From: Obrimoposthia wandeli
Lineage: Eukaryota
Length of the DNA: 64,000 nt
Assembly (NCBI GenBank): GCA_977020255.1
Contig: CDROCS010000253.1
Coordinates: 1,302,001-1,366,000 of the forward strand
Direction of reading: 5' to 3'
In this document: piece after piece, positions 1 through 10,295 of the stretch
Layout of the letters: each line of letters begins with the position of its first letter
Numbering within the stretch: position 1 is the first letter of the stretch
Notes under the pieces: model-generated
Told to the model about the DNA's origin: nothing
Database searches by the model: none
Seen by the model: only the letters and a program-made list of their open reading frames with translations
Program-made: the position numbers and the translations under genes

Positions 1-1455
1 CTTTTTTTAATTGCAATTTTAATTATTGATCCGGCAACATCAAAAGCTTTTTTAGACGGTATAAAATGGCAGATTATAGGAGCATTTGACGGCCTCTTTA
101 TGTGGTCTGCTAATTTTTTCGTACTCTTCTGTTTGACATTAATTGTCTCTCCTTTCGGTAAAATCCGTTTAGGTGGCGACGATGCAAAAGCGGATCATTC
201 AAGACTTTCCTGGATAGCGATGCTATTTGCAGCAGGCATGGGGATTGGTTTGATGTTTTGGGGGGTTGCTGAGCCCGTAGCTTATTACACCGGCTGGTAT
301 GAAACGCCACTTAATGTCATCGCTAATACACCGGCAGCAGCAGAGCTTGCACTGGGTGCAACTATGTTCCACTGGGGATTACACCCTTGGGCAATTTATG
401 GCGTGGTCGCTTTATCGTTATCCTTCTTTGCTTACAATAAAGGTTTACCGCTTTCCATACGATCTGCTTTTTATCCGATATTAGGAGACCGCACCTGGAG
501 TTGGCCTGGACATATCATTGATATTTTAGCCGTCATAGCCACATTATTTGGTCTTGCAACATCGTTAGGTTTAGGTGCCCAACAAGCTGCGGGTGGTTTC
601 CAGCATGTGTTTGGTATTGAAGGCGACCTATCCCTGCAAATCACTATTATTGTCGTGGTTACCATGCTTGCCATTATCTCTGTGGTACGCGGGCTTGAAG
701 GTGGTGTCAAAGTAATTAGTAATATCAATATGTTAATTGCTGCTGTTTTAGTTGTTTTTGTTGCGCTTGTGACCGCTGCTGTTTCCATGGGTACTATTCC
801 TACAACCATAATGGGTTATGTTAAGAATATTATCCCGTTGAGTAATCCAGTGGGTCGAGAAGATGAAGCTTGGATGCACGGCTGGACTGTCTTCTATTGG
901 GCATGGTGGATTTCATGGTCTCCATTTGTCGGTATGTTTATTGCTCGTATTTCGCGCGGCCGTACGGTACGTGAATTTCTTACCGCAGTATTAATTATAC
1001 CAACATCGGTTACTATTCTATGGATGTCTGTCTTTGGCGGCGTAGCTATTGACCAGGTTGTCAATAAGATTGGTACATTGGGCAGCCAGGGCTTAACTGA
1101 AGTTCCTCTTGCGATGTTCCAGATGTTTGATGCACTGCCATTAGGTAATATTTTATCAATGCTTGCTGTGCTGCTGGTACTGGTTTTCTTTATCACCTCT
1201 TCCGACTCCGGCTCACTGGTAATAGATAGTATTACCGCCGGCGGTAAAGTTGATGCGCCGATTCCGCAACGTATTTTTTGGGCATCAATAGAAGGTGCCA
1301 TTGCAGCTGTATTACTTTGGGTTGGTGGTACTGAGGCGATTGAGGCGTTACAAGCGGGTGCAATTTCGACAGCGCTACCCTTTACCATTATTTTATTAAT
1401 AATGTGTGTCAGTTTGTTGATGGGTATGCGCACTGAAAAGCATAATAGCAGGTAG
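1..1455 (+). CDS. BCCT family (betaine/choline/carnitine) transporter, 5'-truncated by the window edge
   Basis: Frame is open from base 1 (LFLIAILIIDP...). BCCT motifs AMLFAAGMGIGLMFWG, FHWGLHPWAIY, WTVFYWAWWISWSPFVGMFIARISRGRT; many TM segments. Confidence 0.93.
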   Translation, partial: LFLIAILIIDPATSKAFLDGIKWQIIGAFDGLFMWSANFFVLFCLTLIVSPFGKIRLGGDDAKADHSRLSWIAMLFAAGMGIGLMFWGVAEPVAYYTGWYETPLNVIANTPAAAELALGATMFHWGLHPWAIYGVVALSLSFFAYNKGLPLSIRSAFYPILGDRTWSWPGHIIDILAVIATLFGLATSLGLGAQQAAGGFQHVFGIEGDLSLQITIIVVVTMLAIISVVRGLEGGVKVISNINMLIAAVLVVFVALVTAAVSMGTIPTTIMGYVKNIIPLSNPVGREDEAWMHGWTVFYWAWWISWSPFVGMFIARISRGRTVREFLTAVLIIPTSVTILWMSVFGGVAIDQVVNKIGTLGSQGLTEVPLAMFQMFDALPLGNILSMLAVLLVLVFFITSSDSGSLVIDSITAGGKVDAPIPQRIFWASIEGAIAAVLLWVGGTEAIEALQAGAISTALPFTIILLIMCVSLLMGMRTEKHNSR

Positions 1456-1470
1456 TATTTACTAACTATG

Positions 1471-1503
1471 AAAAAAGCCGATGAATAATCTATCGGCTTT
1501 TTA
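1471..1503. terminator. Bidirectional intrinsic terminator between convergent BCCT and exonuclease genes
   Basis: AAAAAAGCCGAT-N9-ATCGGCTTTTTT. Confidence 0.85.
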
Positions 1504-1511
1504 TTTCTCCC

Positions 1512-2228
1512 TTATAACCACAATTTTTTGATCGCGGTATCCGGAGTAAAATGATGTTTAATCTGCGCCTGTAATAACTCAGCAGTTGCAATCGCATCAG
1601 TTAACGCGTCGTGAGGTTGATAAGTGGGTAAGTTGTAACGTAAGCGACTGTTTGCAAGACGGATAGATTCAGGACGTTTTCCCTTAAACCAGTTAATGAT
1701 CCGCTGCGACTGTGTTCGCTGTAGATCGGCCTCAATCTGCATTGTATCAATAACCGGAAAGATAATACCTTCATTAATCAGCGCACGTAAATTTCGATCG
1801 AAAAAATCCCGCTCAATTCGGCGATAATGAACCACCACCACTTTTCCTGCCAGCTCATCTAAAAGCTGCTCCAAAATCCGCAGCAAATCAGGCGCACCTT
1901 GTAAATCAGAGTGAGTGATTCCATGGATAATAACCGAGTTTTCTTGTAAATTATCCTGCGGATTGATATACCATTTTTTTGCTTTGCGACAAAAAATGCG
2001 TTGTAGATTAAAAGGTACTAGCCCAATACTGATAATACTGTTCAGTTCTGAGTCCAGTCCGGTTGTTTCGAAATCAAGTGCCACAAAATCAATGTCTTTT
2101 AATTTGCTTTCATCATGATAAGTCCCGGCATTATAAAAATTCTGCAAACGCAAGTCTTTACTTTCTCGTGCCTTTATCTGCAGAAAAGCAGCCCAATTTA
2201 ATATCTCTTTGTTGGTGGAATTATGCAT
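1512..2228 (-). CDS. DEDDh 3'-5' exonuclease (Pol III epsilon-like family, partner of DUF294 protein)
   Basis: ExoI ALDFETTG, ExoII HYRRIE, ExoIII HDALTDA. Confidence 0.88.
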   Translation of the reverse strand: MHNSTNKEILNWAAFLQIKARESKDLRLQNFYNAGTYHDESKLKDIDFVALDFETTGLDSELNSIISIGLVPFNLQRIFCRKAKKWYINPQDNLQENSVIIHGITHSDLQGAPDLLRILEQLLDELAGKVVVVHYRRIERDFFDRNLRALINEGIIFPVIDTMQIEADLQRTQSQRIINWFKGKRPESIRLANSRLRYNLPTYQPHDALTDAIATAELLQAQIKHHFTPDTAIKKLWL

Positions 2229-2237
2229 TATTAACCT

Positions 2238-4115
2238 TTAAAGTTTGTTAGCACTATAACGATATTTTAAAAAATTTTGTGCATTGCTTAAAACTAAAAA
2301 GGCATCTTTAAGAGTGCGCCTTTCAAAATCAGACATATTTTCAGGTTCTATATTATTATCTGGCTCAATTTCAGACTCAATATCTAATGCTTGATGGCGT
2401 AACCGTACTAAAGAGATAAGCTCCATTGCATGTTGTAAATCTTCTCCTTTGGACTGTGGCAGAATACCTGCTTCGATAATATCATCTAAGCGTTCAAAAG
2501 AGTTTTGTGATTGTGAGCCAATAGCAAGTGCGTGTACACGAATTAGATCCGCAAGAGGTGCTGTACCACGACGTTTTAAATTAATCGAATTATTATGACG
2601 GCCGTCTTTTTCCATCACAAAGTCTTTAAAGAAACCCAGTGGCGGAGTGCGATTAAGTGCATTATGAGCAAGGCAGGCTAAAAATCTATTATTTTTCTTG
2701 GCTCTGCGCATAATATGCGCATTTAATTGTTCAGCCCATTTTACACGACCATAAACGCCAGTAAGATCAAAGAAAATATTACAGTTTAATAACGCTTGTG
2801 GATTGGGATTATCTATCCAATCGCTAAAACAATCTTCCCATTGTGATAGGGTCTTACGATATGTTGGATTTGTCGCCATAATATCACCGGAGCAATAGCT
2901 ATAACCGCATGCCGCCAGTCCATCGCAAACAAAGCTGGTTAATTTTGCAAAATAATCACCATGTTTACTCGCCTCATAACTATTATCGAGAATAATTGCA
3001 TTATCTTGATCCGTTACTATCAGTTGCTCATCTCGGGCCATTGAGCCGAGCGCTAAAAAGCAATATGGGATAGGAGGTGGGCCTAATTTATCTTCAGCTA
3101 ACTCTAATAAACGTTGCTTAAAGCTACGACCTATTTCCGACATGGCGCGTCCAACCATATGAGAATTGGCGTCTTCATTAATCATGCGTACAAAACAACC
3201 TTTTAATTGCGCAGAAAGAAGGACTAAATCCTCCGTACTTTGTTGCTGGAAGATACTGCTTACAAATAATAAACTATTTTGTGATTCGTAGCGGATAATA
3301 TCAGCAACTTCAATCAGACCAATGGGTTGTTTGTTTTTAAGGATAGGTAGATGGTGAACATTATAACGAAGCATAATTAGCATCGCTTCAAAAATATAGG
3401 CGTTATGATCCAGTGATATTAATTCCGTTGACATTACTTCTGAAGCCGGTCTATCAACGCTTAATCCGCGTGCAATTACTTTCGAACAGAGGTCACGTTC
3501 AGTAATAATGCCGACGAAACTGCTCTCCTGATCATCATTTATATTAGGATCATTAATCAGTACTGCGGAAATATTTTCTTCCGCCATGATTTGTGCAACC
3601 GATTGAATAGTGCTGCAACTGGGAAGTATCAGCGCTTCTCTAGTCAGCAATGTTTTCACTTTGGAAGTAGTCAGTGCATTTGCATCATCACTTTTACTTG
3701 CTAACGCTTGTTTTAAGCGCATAGTGTCTTCTACCTCAACAAAGTCAGCAAAAGCCTCATAGCGTTCACAAAAGTCAAGAAATATAGACTCGGGAATACA
3801 ATATAACAACGTATCTTTGACGGATTTGGCAGGAAAACGCACTCTATTGTTGGTTAACAAGCCCATTTGCCCGAATAACTTACCTTGATCGAGACGGTTA
3901 TAAAGTTCACCTTTGCGGCGATATATTTCTACCACACCACTGCGTATCATATAGAGTTCATTAATTTTGTCATTAATGTCAATAATGGTGCTATCAGCAC
4001 GGTAATAACAGATCTCAACATTTTTAGCTACTTCATGTAATGCTTCTTCTGGAAGTTGATCAAACGGGGCATATTGGTTAATGAAATTCTGAATTTCTAA
4101 TAGTTCGACATCCAT
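2238..4115 (-). CDS. cNMP-binding + tandem CBS + DUF294 nucleotidyltransferase + DUF294_C protein
   Basis: N-terminal cNMP-like domain (FGQMGLL), CBS pair (VGIITERDL; HHLPI), NTase motif LGSMAR..EQ...DQDNA, C-terminal INLKRRG. Confidence 0.9.
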   Translation of the reverse strand: MDVELLEIQNFINQYAPFDQLPEEALHEVAKNVEICYYRADSTIIDINDKINELYMIRSGVVEIYRRKGELYNRLDQGKLFGQMGLLTNNRVRFPAKSVKDTLLYCIPESIFLDFCERYEAFADFVEVEDTMRLKQALASKSDDANALTTSKVKTLLTREALILPSCSTIQSVAQIMAEENISAVLINDPNINDDQESSFVGIITERDLCSKVIARGLSVDRPASEVMSTELISLDHNAYIFEAMLIMLRYNVHHLPILKNKQPIGLIEVADIIRYESQNSLLFVSSIFQQQSTEDLVLLSAQLKGCFVRMINEDANSHMVGRAMSEIGRSFKQRLLELAEDKLGPPPIPYCFLALGSMARDEQLIVTDQDNAIILDNSYEASKHGDYFAKLTSFVCDGLAACGYSYCSGDIMATNPTYRKTLSQWEDCFSDWIDNPNPQALLNCNIFFDLTGVYGRVKWAEQLNAHIMRRAKKNNRFLACLAHNALNRTPPLGFFKDFVMEKDGRHNNSINLKRRGTAPLADLIRVHALAIGSQSQNSFERLDDIIEAGILPQSKGEDLQHAMELISLVRLRHQALDIESEIEPDNNIEPENMSDFERRTLKDAFLVLSNAQNFLKYRYSANKL

Positions 4116-4936
4116 TACTTGCTCGATTTGTGAATTATGGAATAAGATTTTGTGTTTGATAGTATACGACTTATTTGTGAAAAGACATAACGCTTAGGTA
4201 CTGTCAACTTAACGAACATGTTTCGAATTATGTGATAATCTGCTGATGAAAAATTCAAATATTTACGCAGGTTATCGTTATTCTGCACCAATCATTAGCC
4301 AGGCAAATTGGCTTTATCACCGTTTACACTTAGCTTTCGATATATCGAAAATAAATTAACTAAATTAACTAGGACATCCAAAGTTAAAGCAATCCATATA
4401 AAAATATGACCACAAGCTCAACCCCCCTCAAAGTAGATTCGATATAATTATCGATACCCTGAAAAGTGTTCAAATATATTCAATTTGAAAAATAATGGTG
4501 TGATTCGTGTTTTTAGTCCAATAGGGGTCATCTACCCCGTTATTTTGTAGATAAGGAGTGCTTAATCTGAGACTAATACGCGAATAGTTTTTCATAGCAA
4601 CTCAGGTTTTGTCGTCGCTTTAACCCTTGATGGAGAAAATAATCAATAAGTACATCACCATGACCTATTGCCCATGAAATAAGTTTCAAAAGCGATTTTG
4701 GGAACGTCTGCTATGCCGATAATTTTTAATTCCGCTGTCGACTTGCTTAGGTCAACCAACTGATGTTCAGTTGACCTCGGCGAACACTCAAAATTTCAAA
4801 ACCTTACTTCTATATAGCGCACGAAGTGATCGTTAATATTTTTCAGTCTCAACAACTTCTGAAACAGTTGGTTTTGCTTCTATTTTTTGTTGAGACAAGA
4901 TCACTACTAATGTCTATTCACATAGTTAACTCAATT

Positions 4937-5692
4937 TCAGCTACGACTGTTTTTAAATGGTTTGAATAACCTAGCTTTAACTGAGCGCCAATGTGTTTTT
5001 GGTATTTTAGGTGCTAATAATAATAAATGTTGGTAATCATCTTCTGTTGGAGTTACTTCACCGCCATGGGCAAGAATAATACTCTGTGGTTTTAACTCGA
5101 TTATTTTATGGAGCGAAGCTCGATAACGATTAGGGTAAAAAATAGGGAAGGGCGGTATGAATTTATTCTTTACCTTAACCATTAAATCAGCGACATACAC
5201 TTTATTGCTGGGTAAGTGGTGCAATGATAAATCTCTATCTGTATGACCTTGAGTCGCTAAAGCAATCCACTCAGAAAACCCGGGCAATTGTTCACCATCA
5301 TCAAGTTTATAATCGGCTATTAACTGACTAGAATACCAAAGGTTAAGGCGGGGTTTTTTCATGCGTTTTGCTACCCATTTAGCCAAGAGTATATCGGTAA
5401 GGTGCATGATCCGACCGTCTATACCTGAGTACCATTGGCCACTGACGTTGGCTGCGGCAATTTTACAGCCAGTTAGTTTACGTAGTTTATTGGCGGCACC
5501 AGCATGGTCAGGATGCATGTGTGTTACAACTACCAAGGTTAAATCATTAAAAGTACGTTGTAAGGTCTTGGTGATAAAATGCTCTAACATTGAAATATCT
5601 GAGCGACAGCAACCATCAAGTAATAGCAGTTTATCAGGGTACTCTGCGAGTAAAATTGTTTGGATATGTCCGTTTATGTGATGTAACTTCAT
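4937..5692 (-). CDS. MBL-fold metallo-hydrolase
   Basis: THMHPDHAG metal motif, GHT, VADL, AHG. Confidence 0.88.
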   Translation of the reverse strand: MKLHHINGHIQTILLAEYPDKLLLLDGCCRSDISMLEHFITKTLQRTFNDLTLVVVTHMHPDHAGAANKLRKLTGCKIAAANVSGQWYSGIDGRIMHLTDILLAKWVAKRMKKPRLNLWYSSQLIADYKLDDGEQLPGFSEWIALATQGHTDRDLSLHHLPSNKVYVADLMVKVKNKFIPPFPIFYPNRYRASLHKIIELKPQSIILAHGGEVTPTEDDYQHLLLLAPKIPKTHWRSVKARLFKPFKNSRS

Positions 5693-6036
5693 AATGATAA
5701 AACAGTTCAGTCGTAATCTAATTATCGCTTTATACAGTAAAAGAAAAGTCTTCAGGCTGCACTCTATTTAAATGTTATACACGGAATTTATTTTGAACGA
5801 TTTTAATAAAGCCGTTATTCATTATTGTTATCAAAGAAATATTTGATAACTTTATTCATGATAACTCTATTGCCCTTATGTTTTTTAAGGATTTTATAGC
5901 ACTCGCATAATAGAAGAAACACTTTCTTATACAGATTGGTAGTACACTAGTATCAGTTTATATACCTGATATTGAGGTTCACGTAAGCGATTAGTCTTAA
6001 CCAACAAAGTAAAAAGCTTACTAGGAATAAATTACT

Positions 6037-7137
6037 ATGTTTAAAGCAGTACTCAAACTCTTATTTTCCGGTAGAAAAGGTAATAATAAACCTAATTATT
6101 TTTATTATGAAGAGGATAAAAATCTCGAAGCAGAAAGACAGCAAACAGCGCTCAAAAAGGAGCAAAGTTTTAGCGCCTTAAAGCCACTGCGTTTAGCAAG
6201 CGTAGAGGAAATACATCAGCAAGATTTTTATGACTTTCTATTTGGCCAATCATCGATAACAACACAGCACGACGACCTATCACTTTATGTTGCTGAAAAA
6301 ATTGAAGCGGTATTGCGAAAACCTAATACCATTATAGAAGCAATGCCGGTATTACCTGCCTCGCTCAGTAAGGTAATTGATCAATTGAGTGATAATAACT
6401 TTGATACTCAAGAGTTGCTTGATTTGATTCAGCAAGAGCCTTCAATTGCCGCTAAAGTGATTGAGCTAGCCAATTCCGCTTTTTATAACCGGACAAATAA
6501 AGAAGTCACTGACCTTAAAATGGCTTTTATGCTATTGGGTAGTAACGGTCTTATTGAAGGCGTAATTAATGGTTTTGTCAGTAAAATGACTCCTCAGTCA
6601 CAGATTTATTTTAAACAGTATGGTAATAAAATTTGGCAACATAGTCTTGATACCGGTGTTATTACTAAAGCATTAATAAAGGCGTCTCCACATAAAACTG
6701 ATGCAGCACAAGGTTATCTTATTGGCTTGATCTGTAACTTGGGTGATATGATCATTTATCAATTACTGATGGAAGCTTTTTCTTTTGTTCATCCAGATAG
6801 CCAGCCAAATTCTTATGCTTTTAAAGAGTTAATGCAGAAAAAATCTAAACATTTAGCTTATCACATCGCTAAACATTGGCAGTTTCCTCAATCAATTTTA
6901 GATGCACTAGCCTTACAAGTTAAGCTAACGAAATCTTCTATGTTGCCGGTAGTTTTTCCAAAAAGAGCTATGGCCTGTTTTGTCTATGAAGCCAATATTA
7001 TTAGTGAACTTATGATGATGTTTGAGCGCAATAATAAAACAGAAGAAGAGATCAACGAGGCGGTAACAATATTACTTTATAGCAGTGAAGCTAAACAGTA
7101 TATCGAACAATTAGTAAAAGATAAAAGTATGGCCTGA
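6037..7137 (+). CDS. HDOD domain protein
   Basis: MPVLP, QEPSIAAKVIELANSAFY, WQHS, GLICNLG, AKHWQFP match the HDOD pattern. Confidence 0.85.
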   Translation: MFKAVLKLLFSGRKGNNKPNYFYYEEDKNLEAERQQTALKKEQSFSALKPLRLASVEEIHQQDFYDFLFGQSSITTQHDDLSLYVAEKIEAVLRKPNTIIEAMPVLPASLSKVIDQLSDNNFDTQELLDLIQQEPSIAAKVIELANSAFYNRTNKEVTDLKMAFMLLGSNGLIEGVINGFVSKMTPQSQIYFKQYGNKIWQHSLDTGVITKALIKASPHKTDAAQGYLIGLICNLGDMIIYQLLMEAFSFVHPDSQPNSYAFKELMQKKSKHLAYHIAKHWQFPQSILDALALQVKLTKSSMLPVVFPKRAMACFVYEANIISELMMMFERNNKTEEEINEAVTILLYSSEAKQYIEQLVKDKSMA

Positions 7138-7148
7138 TTTAGCGTAGC

Positions 7149-7187
7149 TTGAATATCATCCACATATCCTACGTGGATGATATTCAA
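7149..7187. terminator. 15-bp perfect hairpin between convergent HDOD and RND genes
   Basis: TTGAATATCATCCAC-N9-GTGGATGATATTCAA. Confidence 0.65.
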
Positions 7188-7193
7188 AACATG

Positions 7194-10100
7194 TTAATTA
7201 GCTACTTTCTGTAAAGCTGCTTCAGAGACTTGCATCTCTTCACCGGTAATTTTTTCTCTCTTTTCGGCTAAGAGTAAATAGAAGCTCGGTAAAATAAACA
7301 AGGTAAAAATAGTACCAATAAACATACCTGCCACTAAAATAATACCAATACTATTACGCGCTTCTGCACCCGCTCCGGTAACAAGTACTAAGGGAAAATG
7401 TCCCAAAATAGTGGCTGCTGTGGTCATCAAAATAGGACGTAAGCGTGTGGTTGCCGCTTCAGTTACTGCCGCCAGTTTATTAGCGCCAAGTTCTTGTGCA
7501 TGATTAGCAAATTCCACAATCAATATGCCATTTTTAGCAATTAAACCTATTAAGGTGATTAACCCTATTTGCGAATAAATATTAATCGTGGTTAATTCAA
7601 TATAAGGGATAAGTAGGGCACCTGATAAAGCTAATGGTACACAGCCAAGCAATACGACTAACGGGTCTCTAAAGCTATTAAACTGTATCGCTAAGACCAG
7701 AAATACAATCAATAAAGAAATACCTAATACCATCACTAAGGTATTACCTTCTTTGCGTAACTGTCTTGATTCTCCAGCATAATCGATTGAATATCCTAAA
7801 GGTAATATTTCTTTTGCTGCATCTTCAATAGCGGATAACGCCGCTTCTTTATTCGAACCTGGCGCAACACCACCGTAAATTCTAAACGACGCTTGCTGAG
7901 CAAAAGTACCCAATGCTCTGGGTACTGTTTTCCACTTTAAATCGGCGACGGCTGAAACGGGTAATAACTCCCCGCTAGGTAATTTAATATCCAATGATAA
8001 AATTGCTTCAGTTTTACTGCGTACATCATCATTAATAATAGGAATAACTCGATACGCTTTACCATTAGCATCAAAGCGATTAACAAAGTTGCTCGACAAT
8101 AAAATACCCAATTGTTCACTAACTTCGCCGACATTCATGCCTAAGTCAGCAATTTTATCACGATTTAATTGTAACTCTACTTGCGGTAAATCTATTTTCA
8201 AATCGGTATCAGCAAACAGGAATTTACCACTGGAAAAGGCAGCACCAACAAGTTGATCCGCATATTGCTTCATTTCGCTATACGGAGCAGTTGCTTTAAC
8301 AATCATTTCTATTTCAAACTGACCCGAACTCGGTAATGAGGAAGGTAAAATAGGAAACATGTTAAGCCCTGGGATTTGCGATAATTTACCATAAATTTGG
8401 GGTACCAGTGATTGTGCACTGTAGTCACGCTCGTCTGCATTCACTAACTCTAAACCGCCAAATCCGCCGCCGCCAAAGATTATTTGCCAAACTTTCTTAC
8501 CGCCTTCAATTTCTTGTAAGCTTTTAACAACGGGGTTCATTTGTGCGACGTTATAGGCCATTGATGCATCAGGCGGTGATTGAATTACAAACATAACGGA
8601 GGCTTGATCTTCTATTGGCGCTAATTCCTTTTTTGAGGACAGGTAAAAAGGTACGGTGAGCAGTGAAACGACGAAGGCAATTAAAAATACTTGTCCCTGC
8701 CACTTAAAAATCTGGTTTAACAATTGGCCATATCTTCGCTGCATTCTTTCAAAGAGATGGTTTACTTTAGTAGTTAACCAGCTTTCTTCACCACCTTTAG
8801 GTGAAACATAAGCGCTCATGATGGGTGATAAAGTAATCGCAACAATACCTGAAATGATGACGGCAATGGCGAGCGTAAATGCAAACTCTTTGAACAATAC
8901 GCCGGTTAGCCCTGATAAGAAGCCGATAGGCGCATACACTGCTGCCAGTGTTAATGTCATTGAAATAATAGGTACAAGCAGTTGGCGAGAGCTAATGAGT
9001 GCAGCATCAAACTTCGACAACCCTTGGCGCATTAGTCGAGCAACGTTTTCTACCACAACAATGGCATCATCTACCACTAAACCAACGGATAACACGATAG
9101 CTAATACGGTTAATAGGTTTAACGAAAAGCCCATCATGCCCATAGCGGCAATCGCGCCTAAGATAGAGATAGGTATGGTAATTAAAGGCACTATGGCACT
9201 TCTAAATGAGCCCATAAGTAGTACAACAACCAAGCCAACTAAAATAACGGTTTCGATCAGGGTGGTAAAGATTTCCTTTAATGCATCGCGCATATATAAA
9301 GTGCCGTCATAGGCGTAATCAATTGAGATGCCGTGGGGTAGGGTTTTATTCAGTTCATCAACTGTTTTATATAATCTATCACCAATGGCAATTTCATTGG
9401 CGCCAGGTAAAGGCCAAATAGAAATATAGACAGCATCTTTATCGTTTAATCTGGCGGTGACACTGGTATCTTCAGCGGCGAGTTCTATTTTTGCGACATC
9501 TTTTAAATAAATAGTAGCGCCATCAATCTCACTAATGACCAGTTGTTGAAACTCTGTAACACTACGGAGTTGTGTATTGGCAACGATATCAATTTTTTGT
9601 CGACTATTTTCTACATAGCCCATAGTGGCTATGGTGTTATTTTTTGCTAAGGCTTGATAAACATCACTAGCACTTAAGTTAAATACTTGTAGTGCCTGCG
9701 CATTAAGCCACACACGCATTGCCGGTGTTCTTGCACCTTCAATGCCTACACGTTGTACACCTTCAATGGCATTTAAAACCGGGTTTACTTGGCGAGTTAA
9801 ATAGTCAGTAATACGTGATAAGTCATTACCATTGGCTTGCACGTTTAAATAAAAGACGGCAAAGGGTCTGTCGGCACGACTGACTGATACGACAGGATCT
9901 TGGGCACCTTGTGGTAATTCGAAACGAATTTGTCCTAATCTTGCCGTTAATTCAGCTAATGCTAGTGTTGAATTCTCATTTAACTTGAGCCAAGCGGTTA
10001 CTTTAGAGCTGCCAGAGGTACTTGTTGAGTCTACGAATTCAACGCCAGGCACAGTCGCGGCCGCACGCTCAATGGGTTCAGTTATGAAGCCTTTTACTAC

Positions 10101-10289
10101 GTCAGCTGAAGCGCCAATATAATAGGTTTCAATAACTAGTGAGGCACTGTCTATTTTGGGAAATTGCAGTACAGGAATTTTACTTGCTGACCAAATGCCG
10201 GCAATACAAATAATGATAGATAAGACAATCGCAACGACTGGTCGTCTTACGAATATGTCCATTACAGATGGTTTACTTTCTTGCATCAT
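7194..10289 (-). CDS. RND efflux permease (AcrB/AcrD/AcrF family)
   Basis: 1031 aa; IFVRRPV, LQFPKID, GLVVDDAIVVVEN, KNGILIVEFA, RLRPILMT. Confidence 0.95.
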   Translation of the reverse strand: MMQESKPSVMDIFVRRPVVAIVLSIIICIAGIWSASKIPVLQFPKIDSASLVIETYYIGASADVVKGFITEPIERAAATVPGVEFVDSTSTSGSSKVTAWLKLNENSTLALAELTARLGQIRFELPQGAQDPVVSVSRADRPFAVFYLNVQANGNDLSRITDYLTRQVNPVLNAIEGVQRVGIEGARTPAMRVWLNAQALQVFNLSASDVYQALAKNNTIATMGYVENSRQKIDIVANTQLRSVTEFQQLVISEIDGATIYLKDVAKIELAAEDTSVTARLNDKDAVYISIWPLPGANEIAIGDRLYKTVDELNKTLPHGISIDYAYDGTLYMRDALKEIFTTLIETVILVGLVVVLLMGSFRSAIVPLITIPISILGAIAAMGMMGFSLNLLTVLAIVLSVGLVVDDAIVVVENVARLMRQGLSKFDAALISSRQLLVPIISMTLTLAAVYAPIGFLSGLTGVLFKEFAFTLAIAVIISGIVAITLSPIMSAYVSPKGGEESWLTTKVNHLFERMQRRYGQLLNQIFKWQGQVFLIAFVVSLLTVPFYLSSKKELAPIEDQASVMFVIQSPPDASMAYNVAQMNPVVKSLQEIEGGKKVWQIIFGGGGFGGLELVNADERDYSAQSLVPQIYGKLSQIPGLNMFPILPSSLPSSGQFEIEMIVKATAPYSEMKQYADQLVGAAFSSGKFLFADTDLKIDLPQVELQLNRDKIADLGMNVGEVSEQLGILLSSNFVNRFDANGKAYRVIPIINDDVRSKTEAILSLDIKLPSGELLPVSAVADLKWKTVPRALGTFAQQASFRIYGGVAPGSNKEAALSAIEDAAKEILPLGYSIDYAGESRQLRKEGNTLVMVLGISLLIVFLVLAIQFNSFRDPLVVLLGCVPLALSGALLIPYIELTTINIYSQIGLITLIGLIAKNGILIVEFANHAQELGANKLAAVTEAATTRLRPILMTTAATILGHFPLVLVTGAGAEARNSIGIILVAGMFIGTIFTLFILPSFYLLLAEKREKITGEEMQVSEAALQKVAN

Positions 10290-10295
10290 AACCCC

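Noticed and set aside
4680-4745. Minus-strand peptide IADVPKIAF resembling a retroelement RT motif
   Set aside because: It is too short, flanked by stops, and has no YxDD or other RT motif nearby.
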